Shown here piece by piece: positions 38,501 through 51,595 of a DNA stretch of 64,000 nucleotides. The stretch lies in assembly GCA_002104905.1 (NCBI GenBank), contig MCFE01000196.1:62001-126000 (forward strand). Direction: 5' to 3'. Below the pieces are notes generated by a model. The model had not been told where the DNA came from and made no database searches. It saw only the letters and a list, made by a program, of their open reading frames with translations. Source of the DNA: Basidiobolus meristosporus CBS 931.73. Lineage: Eukaryota > Fungi > Basidiobolomycota. Each line of letters opens with the position of its first letter. Within the stretch, counting starts at the first letter, position 1. The position numbers and the translations under genes were made by a program.

Positions 38501-40430
38501 AACTATCTGGTTTATCCTTGCATTCTTTTCTTTCAGCTACATACAGAGCAGACATCAAGACTTCTGCTTTAAATAATCTGCTCCAATATTTACTACAATA
38601 CCTGAGAGATCCTGTTGAGATTTCAAGGCTCTTCTGGGGTTTGTGGCTTGAGCACTTTGTACAAGAGGCTCCCTGGAGCATATTTGCATTGCCAGATAGT
38701 CCAAATATAGCCTACATAGGCTTTTGCTCCATTTGTAAAGCACCCTATTATAAGGTAGTAGTATTTTCCCATTTTTCTTCTTTTTCTCTCTCTGCTGATG
38801 ACCAGGGAAAGTTCACTTTGTGGGATGGTTCTGGACTTTCTTATAGATGTAACCACAGTGTGTTTGAGCATAGAAGTCCTTGTGACATAATTGGTCCAGA
38901 ATAATTGACTATTTGAGAGTGATATAAGCAAAATTGGCATCCACTCAGATCAATCATGTACTTTGAATAGAGTTGACCAAATTTAATCAAACCAGCTGCA
39001 CTTAAAAGCTAGTTTCATCAATACTTTGGTATTAGACTCCAATAAATCAGCTTTTGAGTTGCAGAGCTTGGAAGTAACTTGATCAATTACAATTCTTCTG
39101 ATCCAATTCAGAGAATCAAATGTCACCAGGTGTTTTCTCCCACTGTAATAAGTGACATATATATAACAAGTATAAAGTACTATGTTATCTTCTCAGTGTC
39201 TCTTAGTTGTATACTTGCCAACTGTTGCTTGGTTGTATACTCCAATCAGGCTTGCAATTAATTGATTCACTTGTTTTGGCTGGTGGTAGAGTTTCCTTGA
39301 GTTGATTTTGCTAAATTTGTATAATATTTTCTCCCACTGTTTTGAGGCTGAAACAGAGTGAAAGCATGTCTAACAGCTCCATATTTAGATTCTGGTACAT
39401 TGGTTTCAGTATTGAGAAACTTGATACAATTATAGCATTCTTCCAATGGATTGTGTAGCACATATCCATACTCCAGGTGGATATATATTTATGATATATC
39501 AATAGGATCCTAACAATTGAGGGAGCTTGTTTCTGAGATCTTCTCCCATTAATAGGTAACTTAAAATGGTGGTTAACAGCTCCAGTATTTGCATTCTGAG
39601 CCTTATTTTGAGTGGCAACAGAGATGGTAAAATCCTCCTCCAGCAATCATTCAATAATGATCCATTTTCTTTTCTTGCAATTCACAATATCATCCTATCC
39701 AGAAGCTTGTCTAATAGTCAGTTGAGATCATATGAACACATATAGCAATACACTTCATTGTATATCTGGACCTTCATTTGCTGGAATTACGCAATTTTCT
39801 TCTTTAGTGGTAGAGCACCAATGTACCCTATATCTTGATATACATTCATGCCAGCTTGATAGACTTACCTTCATAACTAGCTTGCGTAGTTACTGAATGA
39901 GTCTTTTGAAGGCAAGGCCTTCTTCTCCACAGCAATATTCTTGCAAACATAGTTCTTATAGCAGCAGTAGTCACTGATGACTTTAGCAGTGTAATATTGC
40001 AGAAAGTCTTTTGCCAGACTAGCAGAAAAGGATCCAAGGCAAAGTAGACACCAGGTGGACAGCAAGCTTGGGGCTTACAACCTGTTGCAGTATTATGAGC
40101 AGTATTAGAAGTGATGTGGAGAACTAGAGTATTTACATGTTATTCACTTGTATATTTATTGATCAAAAGTATGGTGTTTATACTTTTGACAAAATAGAGC
40201 ACAGAAATGTGTGTAGTTTGCTAAGAAAGATGCCAGGAATATGTATGCAAGGTAAGGGGGCTTTTGGATAACTCTGAGAAAGATCATAATCTGGGTATCT
40301 GATAATTTGGTGCAAATATTCTGAATAAATCCCAACAAGAAACTTGGTCAGGACTGAATGCTGGTCAAAGAATAAGATCTATGTGACTAAGTTAGCATGA
40401 ATATTTAGGTGACACTTAATAATTACAACA
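32588..40430 (-). mobile_element. Non-autonomous Copia-type LTR element (subfamily C2) with a non-Copia interior
   Basis: 348-bp LTRs 32588-32935 and 40083-40430 share diagnostic blocks absent from C LTRs; PBS GGTTGTAAGCCCC (40082-40070); PPT TGAGTGGGAG (32945-32936); TSD TATAC/TATCC; no gag/pol motifs seen in the ~2.6 kb interior. Confidence 0.75.
33828..38365 (-). mobile_element. Full-length decayed Ty1/Copia element, family C
   Basis: LTRs 33828-34172 and 38016-38365; perfect TSD GAGAC; PBS GGCTATGAGCCCC; PPT TGAGTGGGAG; fragmented gag (MLLKERGLWDIV), PR (WYIDSGASQH), IN (SDNGGE), RT (QMDVKAAFLNG), RH (GYSDADW). Confidence 0.95.
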
Positions 40431-40435
40431 TATCC

Positions 40436-43340
40436 TTGAGAGGTGTTAGAAATGCTTCTCCTTTGGACTTGTACAACACCACACCAAACCAATTTGCTCA
40501 GATCTATAGCTCTAATTATGTTAGCTAACAACTCCAAGGCAATATGATATATCATGACAAGTTCCTAGTATGATGAATATCAGACCACCAATCAATGTAT
40601 TGCCAAGACAAGCCTTAACTTTCTGATGGTACCAAGTTCTCATCATTTGGTAAAGTTCTAATCTAGTCAAGGTTTGTCTCTATTATGGTAGCTGCCTGTT
40701 TACAGTCTTTCATTTGGTACTTCTTAAGTCACCAGTGCAAAGAGTTCAGTGAAGTCTAGTCCTACTGTTTGAGGGTATCCTGGTACTACAGGTCTTACTT
40801 TGTATCTTTCATTTGTACCAGTGAACATGTATTTTGTCTTCTAAGAGTAATCTGCATCCATTTGACTTGTGTTTGATCAGTAATCTCATCAAGTCCCAAA
40901 ACTGATTCTGCAGCAGTACCTCTTGTTCTTCAGTTATTGCAGCTATTCAACACTGCATCTGAGGACTATTTAGGGTCTCCTTGCAGTGTTGGGCTTTAGA
41001 GAATGGACTGAATAGCCCTAATGAAGTGTGTACTCTGATTGATGCAGAAATTTTGGGCCATTGCTAATCAGGCTGAATCTACTGCCTTGCCATACTGAGG
41101 CTGTCCCTTCTGCACTTCTTGTGAGCACTGATTCCAGCTGGACCACAGTTTTCAGGTTGTCTGGAGTGAGAAACAGTGCATTTCTTTGCACCAACTCAAT
41201 CCTGACTGTTGGTAGTCCTGATTAAGAACTTTTATCATCATAAGATATTGTTTTTGTTCAGAGATATGAGTTTTTCTCCAAAAGAATATCCCTAGATTTG
41301 ATTAATTTTGTTGCCATGGTATTGTAGAGTCAGCTTGCCCTACTTTCACTGCACTAGCCCAAAACTATGATTTTCACTTTTTGGCTCATATTTTGACAGA
41401 TTTCCAGGAAGTTATTTAATAGTAGACTTTGCAATCTAATATTGCTGAGAGTGTTGTATATAATTTAGATTCATACCATGTATCAAGTGTAATATTTGCA
41501 CCTTTATATTTGTCTAACTTGGTCACTTGGATCATTCCCTACAAGTCTCAGAAAATCTGGACCATATTACTTGTTGGGACTCACTGGGAATATTTTCACC
41601 AAAACATCAGTCATCTAGAACATGAGATTTCTCAAAGTTGCCCAAACAGCCCCAAACTTTGCCCATATGCTCTTGTGACCTTCTTACATACTTTCTGCAT
41701 GCTTGTTTTGCCAAGAGCATATAAAAGTACAGATACTACAATTATATTCAATAAACCATTAAGTGAAAGCCATAAAGTCTACTTGTTCACCCAATCACTT
41801 TAATATCTCCAGTGCTCTTACAACAGAATGGGGTAGAACTGCAAAGTACTCAGCTACAACTCCTGTCTTTAAGATATGTAGAAGCAGCCACCAATTCCAC
41901 CCCAAATCAAGGGAGCAAAGTAATCATGGATCATCAATTGCCATGCTAATTGTAGTATGTTGGCATAATCAGACATTCTATGTTGCAGTGTGGAGTATTG
42001 TGTAGTAGTCTCTTGCTTTATCCTATGAGTCTTGTAGTAGTGTGTGAAGAGTGTTAGGTATAGTCTGCACCATTGTCAGAGTGTACTTTTTAAATTTTTT
42101 TGCCAGTCTTGCACTTCACTCCAGCTTTCCACTCCCTGAACTTACGTATAGATTCTTCATTTCTCTCCATAAAGTAGACCCATGTGTATCTTGTATAATC
42201 ATGAAAATTGTGATAAATACCTCATAGCATATCTTCTTGATTTTCACATCAGTTTCTCTCTCCACAATGGCTTTGAGATTCCAGTGCTTAGACAGAGCTT
42301 CTTCCTTTCTTTCTGTGAAGTAGGCCCATGTGAACCTTGTAAAATCATCCAGCTTGGTGCATGTCCTTTCCTTTTTTAGCAGCCACAAATAAGGTTGCTG
42401 TTGCCTTCAGAGGGCCTGGGTACCTACATTGGTGGTTATCATTGCTTATTAATGTGCCCTCTTTTTCCTTTTTGTTGGCACTTAGTTTTCCAAACTCCTG
42501 ATCCAGGAGCCTTTGATATATGTGATTTAAGATCAGATCATCAGTTCTGGACTCTAGAGCTAGTATAAGGCACAGAAACCACTCTGGTAGGCTATTCACA
42601 AGGCTTGGGGTACTGTCTTATCTTCATCCTTAGTGCTTATCAACACCAATTTCATCTTGTGAACTAACAGAGGAGTTCTGATGATCAGATTTTTTGATTT
42701 CTGCTCCTGTGAGTAGCACTGTGGTAAAGATTTTGGTTTAATATAGACTTTCCTGACAGCTGAGCATGGCTGGTAGGTGTCTCCTAACACCTTCCAGGTG
42801 CTCTTTGTTGCTTTTGCACTTGAGCATTTCATTGGCAATTTGTCTTCAACTTTGAGGTAAAAGAAGTTGAAGGCACTTGGATTTAACTTCTTGTACCATA
42901 GGTCCTCTTCTCCAACTCCTCTGGAAGAGTATTCTTCTCCTACAATAATATCCCTAAGGCCCCTTTCCTGTGTCCTAGATACATCTTCTAATCAGCTGAG
43001 CATAGCTGCTAAGTGACTTCTAATATTTTCCTGGCATTTTCTGTTGTTGTGGCTCTCAAGTATGGAGTTAGCAGCTTGTCTGTGACATCAAACTTACTGC
43101 AGCTCAAGGCATAAGCAAACACATATATTTTTTGGTACTCAATAGTACTATTGAGTGTCAAATTGCTACCTATACCTGAACATGGTCCTGGCAAAACAAG
43201 CATGCAGTGTTTGTCTAGACAGGTCTGAGAGTATGTGTGTAAAGCTTGAGGCTCCTGGAGCAACTTTGAGATTTTTTGTGTCCTGGGTCCCTGATATCTT
43301 GGAGAAATATGCTAGGCAAGTCCTGTTTAGGAACATGGGC
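40436..43340 (-). mobile_element. Heavily decayed Copia C-related remnant ending in a degenerate LTR (~43045-43340)
   Basis: Pieces homologous to gag (ALESRTDDL), integrase and RT of 33828-38365 in minus orientation; LTR-like AAAGCTTGAGGCTCCTGGAGCAACTTTGAGA block. Confidence 0.7.
41479..41825 (+). repeat. LTR C copy inserted in the integrase remnant
   Basis: Colinear with 28827-29175; ends CTCTTACAACA; no clean TSD. Confidence 0.8.
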
Positions 43341-45172
43341 AGGGTTCTCAGCAAGAGGGGAGGGGAACCCACCTCAAGTATAAGGTAGGTCTAGGTACAC
43401 CAAGGCATTGGAGTTCAAGGTAAAAGTAAGGGGTTTGGAGATCAATGCTGGGGACTGCCACTGCATCTGGGGGTTCCCCTGTCCATTTCACTGGATCCCT
43501 TGAGATACTAGCAACAAGGAGGTAAGTAAGTACAGGTCTAACAACCAGTTGTGAGCATCGCCACTCTGTAACCTGTTTCTCAGCCACAACTGACAGGCCT
43601 GTTGACAGCCAAGTAGAGATGTCTGAGTAGATGGGCCCCAAAGGAGGTGAGTCCCAAAGGAGCAACAACCAAACCCAAGACCGCGTTGAAGAAGAAGCTC
43701 CGCCAGGGATATGGCCCACCTAGACGGGGCAGGAATCTGAACATGAGAAGCTCAGGTAGGACGGTCGATTGCCGACCGGTTGGACCAAATACGGGGACTT
43801 GCTGATCCCACCCGTTTCCAATCCTGTAAGGGGGGCGCCATGGTGACCTGATGGGGATCCATCCAAGGGTACGATCAGCCTCGGTGAATCTGGCTTCATG
43901 ACCGACCGACCAACCAACCAACCAATCTTATCTAGATCGCCATCGGGTCAGATGCGTCACGAAGGGACAACCATCCATCCCACCAAGGGCCGCTCGGTAC
44001 TCCAAGAATCTAACGGATCCAAGCGGCTCTTCTGTATCTTCGACTCGGATTAATCGGATGGCTTTCCCTGGTTTGGGACTCGAGCCTAATCGTCAGGCAC
44101 CACACCCATCAATGGGCTATCAGATAGCACTCGATCTGACAGGTGACCGATCCTCAGCTAACCATTCAACTTGATCTCCTGGCCAATGGTCGTGAAACGG
44201 CAAGAATCATCGTCGACATGTCCTATCGGTGGCTGCACCTACCTTCAATCCCCATCATTCCCCAACCTCCCCCCCCCAAATGGGAGCAAGAACCTTTCTC
44301 CCACTGCGTTTCCTGCGTCCTCCCAAGCATACCACAGTTCTGATCCACCTTGCGCCACCGTCTTCCTTGAGATGGTAGCGAGCGGAACTTCTATCCGGGA
44401 AACTTGAGTGGTTTGGGCGCCACAGTCGAGGATTGGGGAGGCAACTCCCGACACGGGGAATCCCACATGGCCGGCCCACCTAGAAGGGGGGATCGCAGAT
44501 CGAGGATTTCATTTACTGGATCTACCCACCCAACCCGAGATAGTGGGCGAAGATGCTTTCCTGGTGTGAGCCCAGCTGTACCTGCCTGAGGGGGGCTGGA
44601 ATCATCTCATCCCATTCCATTCCCCGGGGCAGCTAAGTGTCTCCCTGGCTCTACCGACCCCAGTTGACTGTTGGTTCATTCAGGTATGATCTCGCCCGTC
44701 TCCAGGACTCGCCTTCCCCCCCTCATGGTGTTGACAGTAAGAAGGTATGTTGTTTATACCGCCATCTCACGAAACCCATTCGAAGACAAGCGACTGCAGA
44801 GGGACATCAAATCTTCAAGGAAGATATGGATGGGGGGAAGAATCCCGGGCGGCCTGGCCTAGATGATCGAAGGAGTACCCTAGAGGTAACATCCAACGGA
44901 AACCCATCGCACGGGCTTCGGGCAGGGGGCGAGGGGGATGGGGGAGGGGGGAGGATGGGGATAGGGATGGATGGTGGATGCAATCATATCCCTGTGCGGG
45001 CATCATTTCGCCATTTCAATCGAAACCTCGATCCGGACTAGCGCACATGCCAGCCATAGCCCACCCTGATCTGGGCCGAAGCAATTAATTAATAGTTCCA
45101 TGATTGGAAAGCAGGGGGAAGCAGGGAACGCCAGCTAGCGAAAGCTGGGGTCCGGGTGGTGTCGGATTGGAT

Positions 45173-45249
45173 GAGGAGGGAGAGGGAGAGGGAGAGGGAG
45201 AGGGAGAGGAAGAGGAAATGGAAGAGGAAGAGGAAGTGGAAGTGGGAGG
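45173..45249. repeat. Polypurine hexamer microsatellite (GGGAGA/GAGGAA)n
   Basis: Directly visible tandem hexamers. Confidence 0.9.
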
Positions 45250-45762
45250 CCCATGATGCGTTCACGCAGGATTCCCTACCGCTGATGGCACCCGTCAGAG
45301 TACCATTTGCGAGGGGCATCTCTTAGTCAAAGGGGTCCACGTCCGGAAAGGCCACTGTGCCGGGATTCGTCCGCGCAGCACCGTGCCCGACCAGAACGGG
45401 TGGCCCTTCTGGTATGTACCAATATGGGTTGCTCCCTCCACCTGGGTATGCCGTCCTCGCATCCTGATCTCCAACGGAAACCCCGACCCACTTGGATCAT
45501 GACCAGATTGATTAGGTTTATATTCATTCAAGATGTACAGTGGTCGTGGGATAGGGATACAAAAAATCTCGCCAACAGTGAATCCATACATTGATCAACT
45601 AGGCGTTGGGCTTCAAGGGATATCGTTGGGTGGGTGAGGGTGAGGGTGAGGGTAACTGCAGCCATAGCAATAGCTGAGTGTGGATATTGGTGTGTGGGTG
45701 GAAGTATACACGTGGGTGGGATGGTTTGGCTGTCTGGGCCATCCGGCCATCGACCGTCCACA

Positions 45763-46807
45763 TTAACTGGATTCCCAAGTGTAGTGGAAGGAACGTTGGT
45801 GATCGGGACATTGGAAAACGGAGGCGATACCGCAATCACCCCACATGTAGGAGATCATTTCGCACTCGGCCAGCTGTAGCAGGCAGTGCATGGGATGTCC
45901 ACACCCGTCCACCTTGCATCTCGGATAATCCTCTGCCTGTATCCAGTATGGCCAACCGAACACTTTGAAGGACCCAGGCTTAGGGTGTAACCGGTACTCG
46001 CATATCTCGTCCAGCCTAGGGTCATCACTTTCTAGGCCTAAGTACCTGAGTGCCTCCTCCGACCCTTCTATCTCGTAGATGTGAGGGATTTCGTGGCACT
46101 GGTCCCAGTCCAGAATCGCACACTCCTTTAGGATGGTGAGATCCGGATGGCTCGTGGGTGGGTGGATGGACGATAGGTACAAGGTTGTTTGGGTCCCCTC
46201 GGCCGGATGTCCCGCGCAAGGGATATGGTCTAGCTGGGAGAAGAGGTCTTTGGTATTTACAAGTCGGGCCAGGTACGTGTTCTGATCCAGAGAGACTTCT
46301 TGCCTACAGGTGGGGATCACGAGGAAGTCCCAAAACGTTAGCTCACTCTGTGCCCTCTGCTGGGGAAGTGGCGAAACCCACTTACTCGTCACAAGGGAGA
46401 CACACGAAGAGTTGAAACAGCCCTTCGCCACCCGTTTTCTCCACATAAAGCGGATGCTGGGAAACCTTCTCCAGGCTCAGCTGTATGATGAATGTCACTA
46501 CGGTGGGGGGGGGGACGAGTGATGGTAACGATTGATCAGGACATGGGTGTGATGAAAGGGTAGGGAAATTGCATGATTGCTTGGCGCTGATGGTGCGTCG
46601 AATTCACTTACTTGGTTTCCCACATTCCCCACAGGCAGGCCAATCCACCTCGCCTTGATAGAAAAAGGGTCGAATCCCTCCTACTTTGGACTCTGTACTC
46701 TCGAAGGCGCGCTCGTCGCTGGACTCGTCATGTAGGTGATAGAGCGCGGGGACAAAACAAGGCCTGGAGAACAGCGCGATGAATGAGTTGGGTACCTGAT
46801 AAGCCAT
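45763..46807 (-). CDS. DUF1963/YwqG-like protein, 3 exons, 282 aa
   Basis: Exons 46807-46612, 46497-46386 and 46303-45763 with GTAAGT...TAG introns give an open frame. Motifs SKVGG-PF-WP-C-x2-CG-PMTF-x2-Q and KVFGWPYWIQ...LLQL...MWGDCG-x3-F...W are typical of the family. Confidence 0.8.
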
Positions 46808-49800
46808 GATGGCGCTATCCAAAGGGGGGGGAGAGGGAGTAATGGAAAGACAACAACTCTGGACAGATTCAGTGCGGGCCTTAATATATATGATCTGAAA
46901 CCCCCTTCACGGCCATCACTTATTATGATAGTGGTTGATGAGAACCATAGATCAACAATCCCTTGGTTAGCTTGTTATCCATTCAAGACGGTTTCCCCAA
47001 ATTTGGCATGGGATTAGATGAATCCGAAACTGGGTTGCAATCGAGCGGCAATCATTCAGAACATCCAAGCTGTCTGTATGAACCGACCTCCTACTGAGCA
47101 AAGCGTCGCATGACAATTCCACCATCCGACGGATCAGTATATTTTCAAATGAGCCCGTATTCAACCGGTTTCGCACCATCTCTTCAAAGTATTCAGGGGA
47201 AGCATCCGATCTTGGATGGCTGTGGTGGTGGTTTGCTCCTTGAATGTAGGGAAAGCGGTCACTCTAGTCGATATGATGGGGTGTCACCTGATGCTAAGGA
47301 TGTTCGAGAGCAACCCACCATGTTGGTGGATGTCCGTCACCGCCAAGGCCGCCTGGCATCCAGATGACAATATGCTGATCGTACGATGCTCACAGTTTGC
47401 CACTGCGGCGTACGGATGATAGGCCGGCACCGTCATGTCGAATGTATCCGATATCACGGTCCATCAGACATCACCAAACCCAAACATCGTTGATTAACTG
47501 GGAAGTCCTATCTCTTCAGCAAGCTGCGTGACCGATGAGGACATCCCTATAATCATTCAACCATCTAAATCCAATTTAATATGCCGCTGTATCTCCGTTC
47601 CAGGTGAATCAATCGCCCAGTCCCCACACCTTTGATTGGGTCAGCTTTATCGGAGGCTGTCTCTTCACCTCCTTCCCGCCACCTATTGGATGAATCTCGA
47701 TCGAGTTCTGGCTTTTGCTGGATTGGGAAAGTCGATTGACTTGGTGGTGGTTGGCTGGGAGATCAAGGAATCTCGATGCTACCATTTCGATCACCTATTC
47801 TGTATGTATTGCAAGGCAAGCATACTTTCCGCTGCTGACGGCATCGAAGTAGATAGCGGCGGGAAGCAGAGGCGGCAAATTCCCCTTTGGTAGCGCCTAC
47901 CTATGGATGCTGTGTGGGAGCTCATGAGACACCGAACACCTGTCGATCTCGAGAAACGCATGCGGTGTCTTTGCAGTGTCTCACCTAGGTCTTGATACAT
48001 CAATTCTCTCGTATGCCTTGGGACTGGAGTGGCACGATTGATCCCTACCACATGTCAGCTAACGAGCGATGACCACCGGATTTACATCACATTAAGACCA
48101 GATCGAGCGGTGCGCGGGGAATGGCGAATGGCGAATAGCAGGCGTCTGTTCGTCTGGACGTTTCATTTCTTCAACCACATCACCACAGCATGCTCAGGCT
48201 GATTGATTGATTCACCTCCCATTGATCTCCATGGTGATTTGTTTTTGAGACCATCCATCTCACTTGAATCATTCAATTTTAGAAGGTGGTGTAGATGAGG
48301 GTTGTTTTGAATACTGGATTCCAACCCACCACCTTCCCACCATTGTCCACCAAACCTCCTTGAAAGAGGGGCATCAACGTTGCTCAGCCCATCACGCTAT
48401 TGATGAACCATGCCTTGTGTCCATCCTTCATGCTGGCCACCTTGGATATACGTAATGCTGAGGAATGGATGAGTCCGACGGCGACAGTCATCTCATGTGC
48501 AACACCCTGGTGCCCCCGGAGTGGCCGGATGGAGGCTGGAGCCAAGGCCGGCCATCAGAGATACCATCAGTCAATCCATACACAGCTGTCAACCGCTGGC
48601 TCAAAGTTTAGACGAATTTCGAGGGCACTTGCGAGGGGCTCCCTCGACCAGCATACCCGCCGATTGCGCCCGGCAGACCATAAGTAGAGCTGTCGCCAGA
48701 CTCGGTTGTGCCGGCAATGGACTGCCACCACACACCGGGAAACGCTGGCCGCGTAGCGTGAGCCTCCGCCAGGCCATGGGAGACTTCCCGCGAAATCCAC
48801 ATCAAATAGATTTGCGTTGACCAGCATCTGGAATTGTGCAGCAGGGGGGCTGCCGGATAAGGAAAAAAAGGGATAGGGATTTGTTGAGAGTAAATCCAGG
48901 CCAGACTGATATTGTTTAGAATAGCGGGCAGTATAAAATCGGGCACCTCACTATGTTTGATGAGTCGGTGTAGGCCACTAGCGCTGTGTCTCCAAACTTT
49001 GATCAGTTTCAAGGAATGAGCTTGATTCTTGTCACACGAACTATGTCTTATCAGTGTGCGCCAAAGCTGATGGATATTGAGGGACATGACGCTCATCCTT
49101 TATGTAAGCATCAAAGTTCTCAACCACCCAGCACTAGCCACAGGTGCACTTCCCTTCGCCCAGCAGCATCACCTACATCTAGCCGACCCCCAATCAGCCA
49201 ACCAGCCCACTCGCGCCGTATCCGACACGGTCGCGTCCACCCAGGCTCACCGTCTCAGTGGATCAGATTCCCGTCGATTAGGTCGCTTGGGAATATCCAC
49301 GGCCACGGTAAAGATGGCGAAAAACTGGTTTACGCTTCGGCCACGATGAGCCCATTACCTAATTGACATTTGTAAGCGGTTTCCCTAACTGACTCATGCC
49401 AGATAACGCACGCAGAGTGAAACCGATTGTCAAGGAAATGCCAACCGATAGAGGATTCTGCGGATGCCGTAATTTCATTCTAATCAAGTCCGATGAGCAG
49501 TCATCAGCCCAGCATGGCCAAGGGATGGCTTGTTTATCTGGGTGCAAATAGAGCATAGGAGCGGGGATGGGGATGGGGATGAGGATGAGGATACGGCTAG
49601 ATCGATTACATTAATGTTGGATGAGTGGTCGTAAAGGTTCATATTAGGATTCGGGCTACAGCCATGGTCTGATTCATTCGCTGCGGGGATAGACATACAG
49701 ATTATATAATACATAATACGGGTGGTGAGCCTGTGCAGTACGAAGTATAGTTAAGAGGGGAAGGAAATCATTGGGAAATGGTAAAGAAGAAAGACCCATA

Positions 49801-49839
49801 GAACACACCCTATCACCCCAAACCCTGATAAAGGTTAAC

Positions 49840-51595
49840 CTAAGGAACTGATCGGTGCCTTAAACAAGGACGACGTACCTGTTAGAAAGATCGAGGTGGA
49901 CCCTAGATCCTGAGTGTTCTCGAGACTGTTTAACATCATCTGGACAGAGGTCAGCTAAAGGAACGAGGGGTGAGCGATGGGTTGCATCCAGGAGGTTCGA
50001 GAAATCTCACTTTGGCTTGGTTGTTGCCCAACGTCTGCTCCCCCTTACGTAGGCGTATCTGGGAGCTCTCGGTGTTGGAGAGCAGCTTTTCGGCACTGTG
50101 CTCCACCTGCTCCAGTAGCTCGTTGTCCTTCTGAAGCGTCTCCCACTGATCCATCAACTTTTGCAACTCCTAGCGGCTGCTTAGCACGGTTTGCCACATT
50201 TAGGCTTCGCATGTGCGACCTACCTTCTCTTTCGCGGCCAGTTCATCTAGCTTACCTAATGCGTGATCTAGCTCCTTAACCTTGTCCTGAACAATGTCCT
50301 AATGCGGATAGGATAGGTGAGTCGACGGTTTGCGAAGGGGCTCATTGAAGAAACATACTTGTAGGTTGCTGATGTAGCTCCCGTATTTCAGGCACCTGGT
50401 GGAAATCTCCGCCGTAGTGTCTACGAAGGACCTAGCTCTGGATCGACAAGGGGGTTGTGGTAAACAAAGCATACGCAGGGCTCGGGCAGGGTAAACAACC
50501 ACCCACCTATTGTTCGGCGAGATCCCATCGTGCTGTAGCGAGTAGAGCTTCTCCAGTAAGCCAGGGCCTTGGAAGAGGCTTAGCAAAATCAGCCAGGAAA
50601 GATGCAGCACCACCTACCATCAGGGTTCAGCATTCGATCGGTCACGATAGGATTCAGCTTCGCCTCCAACTCGAACTTGATCCGATTCACAAACTCCCGC
50701 TTGCTATGGCTGGACATGGCCTCCAGCAGGAACTGGCTCTTCCGTGAAGTCAACTGAAAGATTTCTACCACAGAGCAGTTGAGTGGGCCGAACAGTGGAA
50801 AAGAATACCACCCTGACGTTTACCTCTTCCCGGGGACGTTTGAAGAAACACGTCTGCCACGCTGACATACTCGACATCCTCGAACACCTCAAACTCCAAC
50901 GATTCCTCTAGGAAATTGTCTTGATTGGCCTCCAGTAACCTCTCGTGGACATGCAATAGCCGTGTCTGCTCTTCAGCATCGATCACTCGAAACCATATGT
51001 TCTTCCCAATCACCTTGAATAGTACCAACCGAAAAGGGGTGAAGTCCACCCCAAGGTCGCTGAACATGTGGTATTTTTGGGCAGGCAGAAATCTCTGGGG
51101 GATTCGTGGCGGGAGTGGTGGTGGCGCGGCTGTTGGTTGAGAGGTGGGGGTGGAGGTGGAGCTTTGAAAGTAGGCGGGTTTGAAAAACCTCAACTTCCTC
51201 GAGTCGGAGGACTTCTTCGTTTTGGGCGAAATGGTGTCTTGACTCTGCCAGTTGGAATATGTTGGCGACGACAAGGGAGAGCCGAGGGTATCTGCATGGA
51301 GATTGGCAAAGGCGTTAGTGGAGTGGAAGGATTTCCGGGGGGGGGCTTTGGCTTCTCTGAACTCTACACCCGTACCATCACTGTCGTCCACATCTTCTCT
51401 TGGAAAGTCATAGTCCAACTTCTCGACCTTCTGCAACTTCAAGAACGGGTGGAAAGAGAAACGCTTGTACGTTCGGTGGCTCTTTTTGGAGGACTTCGTT
51501 GCATTCGAGGAGGCGGGACTCCGTTTGGGTGCCTCGGTAGCATTCATGACGAGAGCGTGTGCTGGAGAGGAGGGGCACTGGCTCAATATGTACAC
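49840..51595 (-). CDS. Multi-exon hypothetical protein: Ser/Pro-rich N-terminus, PH-like segment, C-terminal coiled coil
   Basis: 277-codon first exon; short GT-AG introns join EIFQLTSRKSQFLLEAMSSHSKREFVNRI, GPGLLEKLYSLQ and ELQKLMDQWETLQKDNELLE. The 3' end is uncertain. Confidence 0.6.

Noticed and set aside
7862-43400. Many 60-130 aa ORFs in the repeat block as host genes
   Set aside because: They are fragments or antisense frames of decayed transposon sequence, with no splice structure or conserved host domain.
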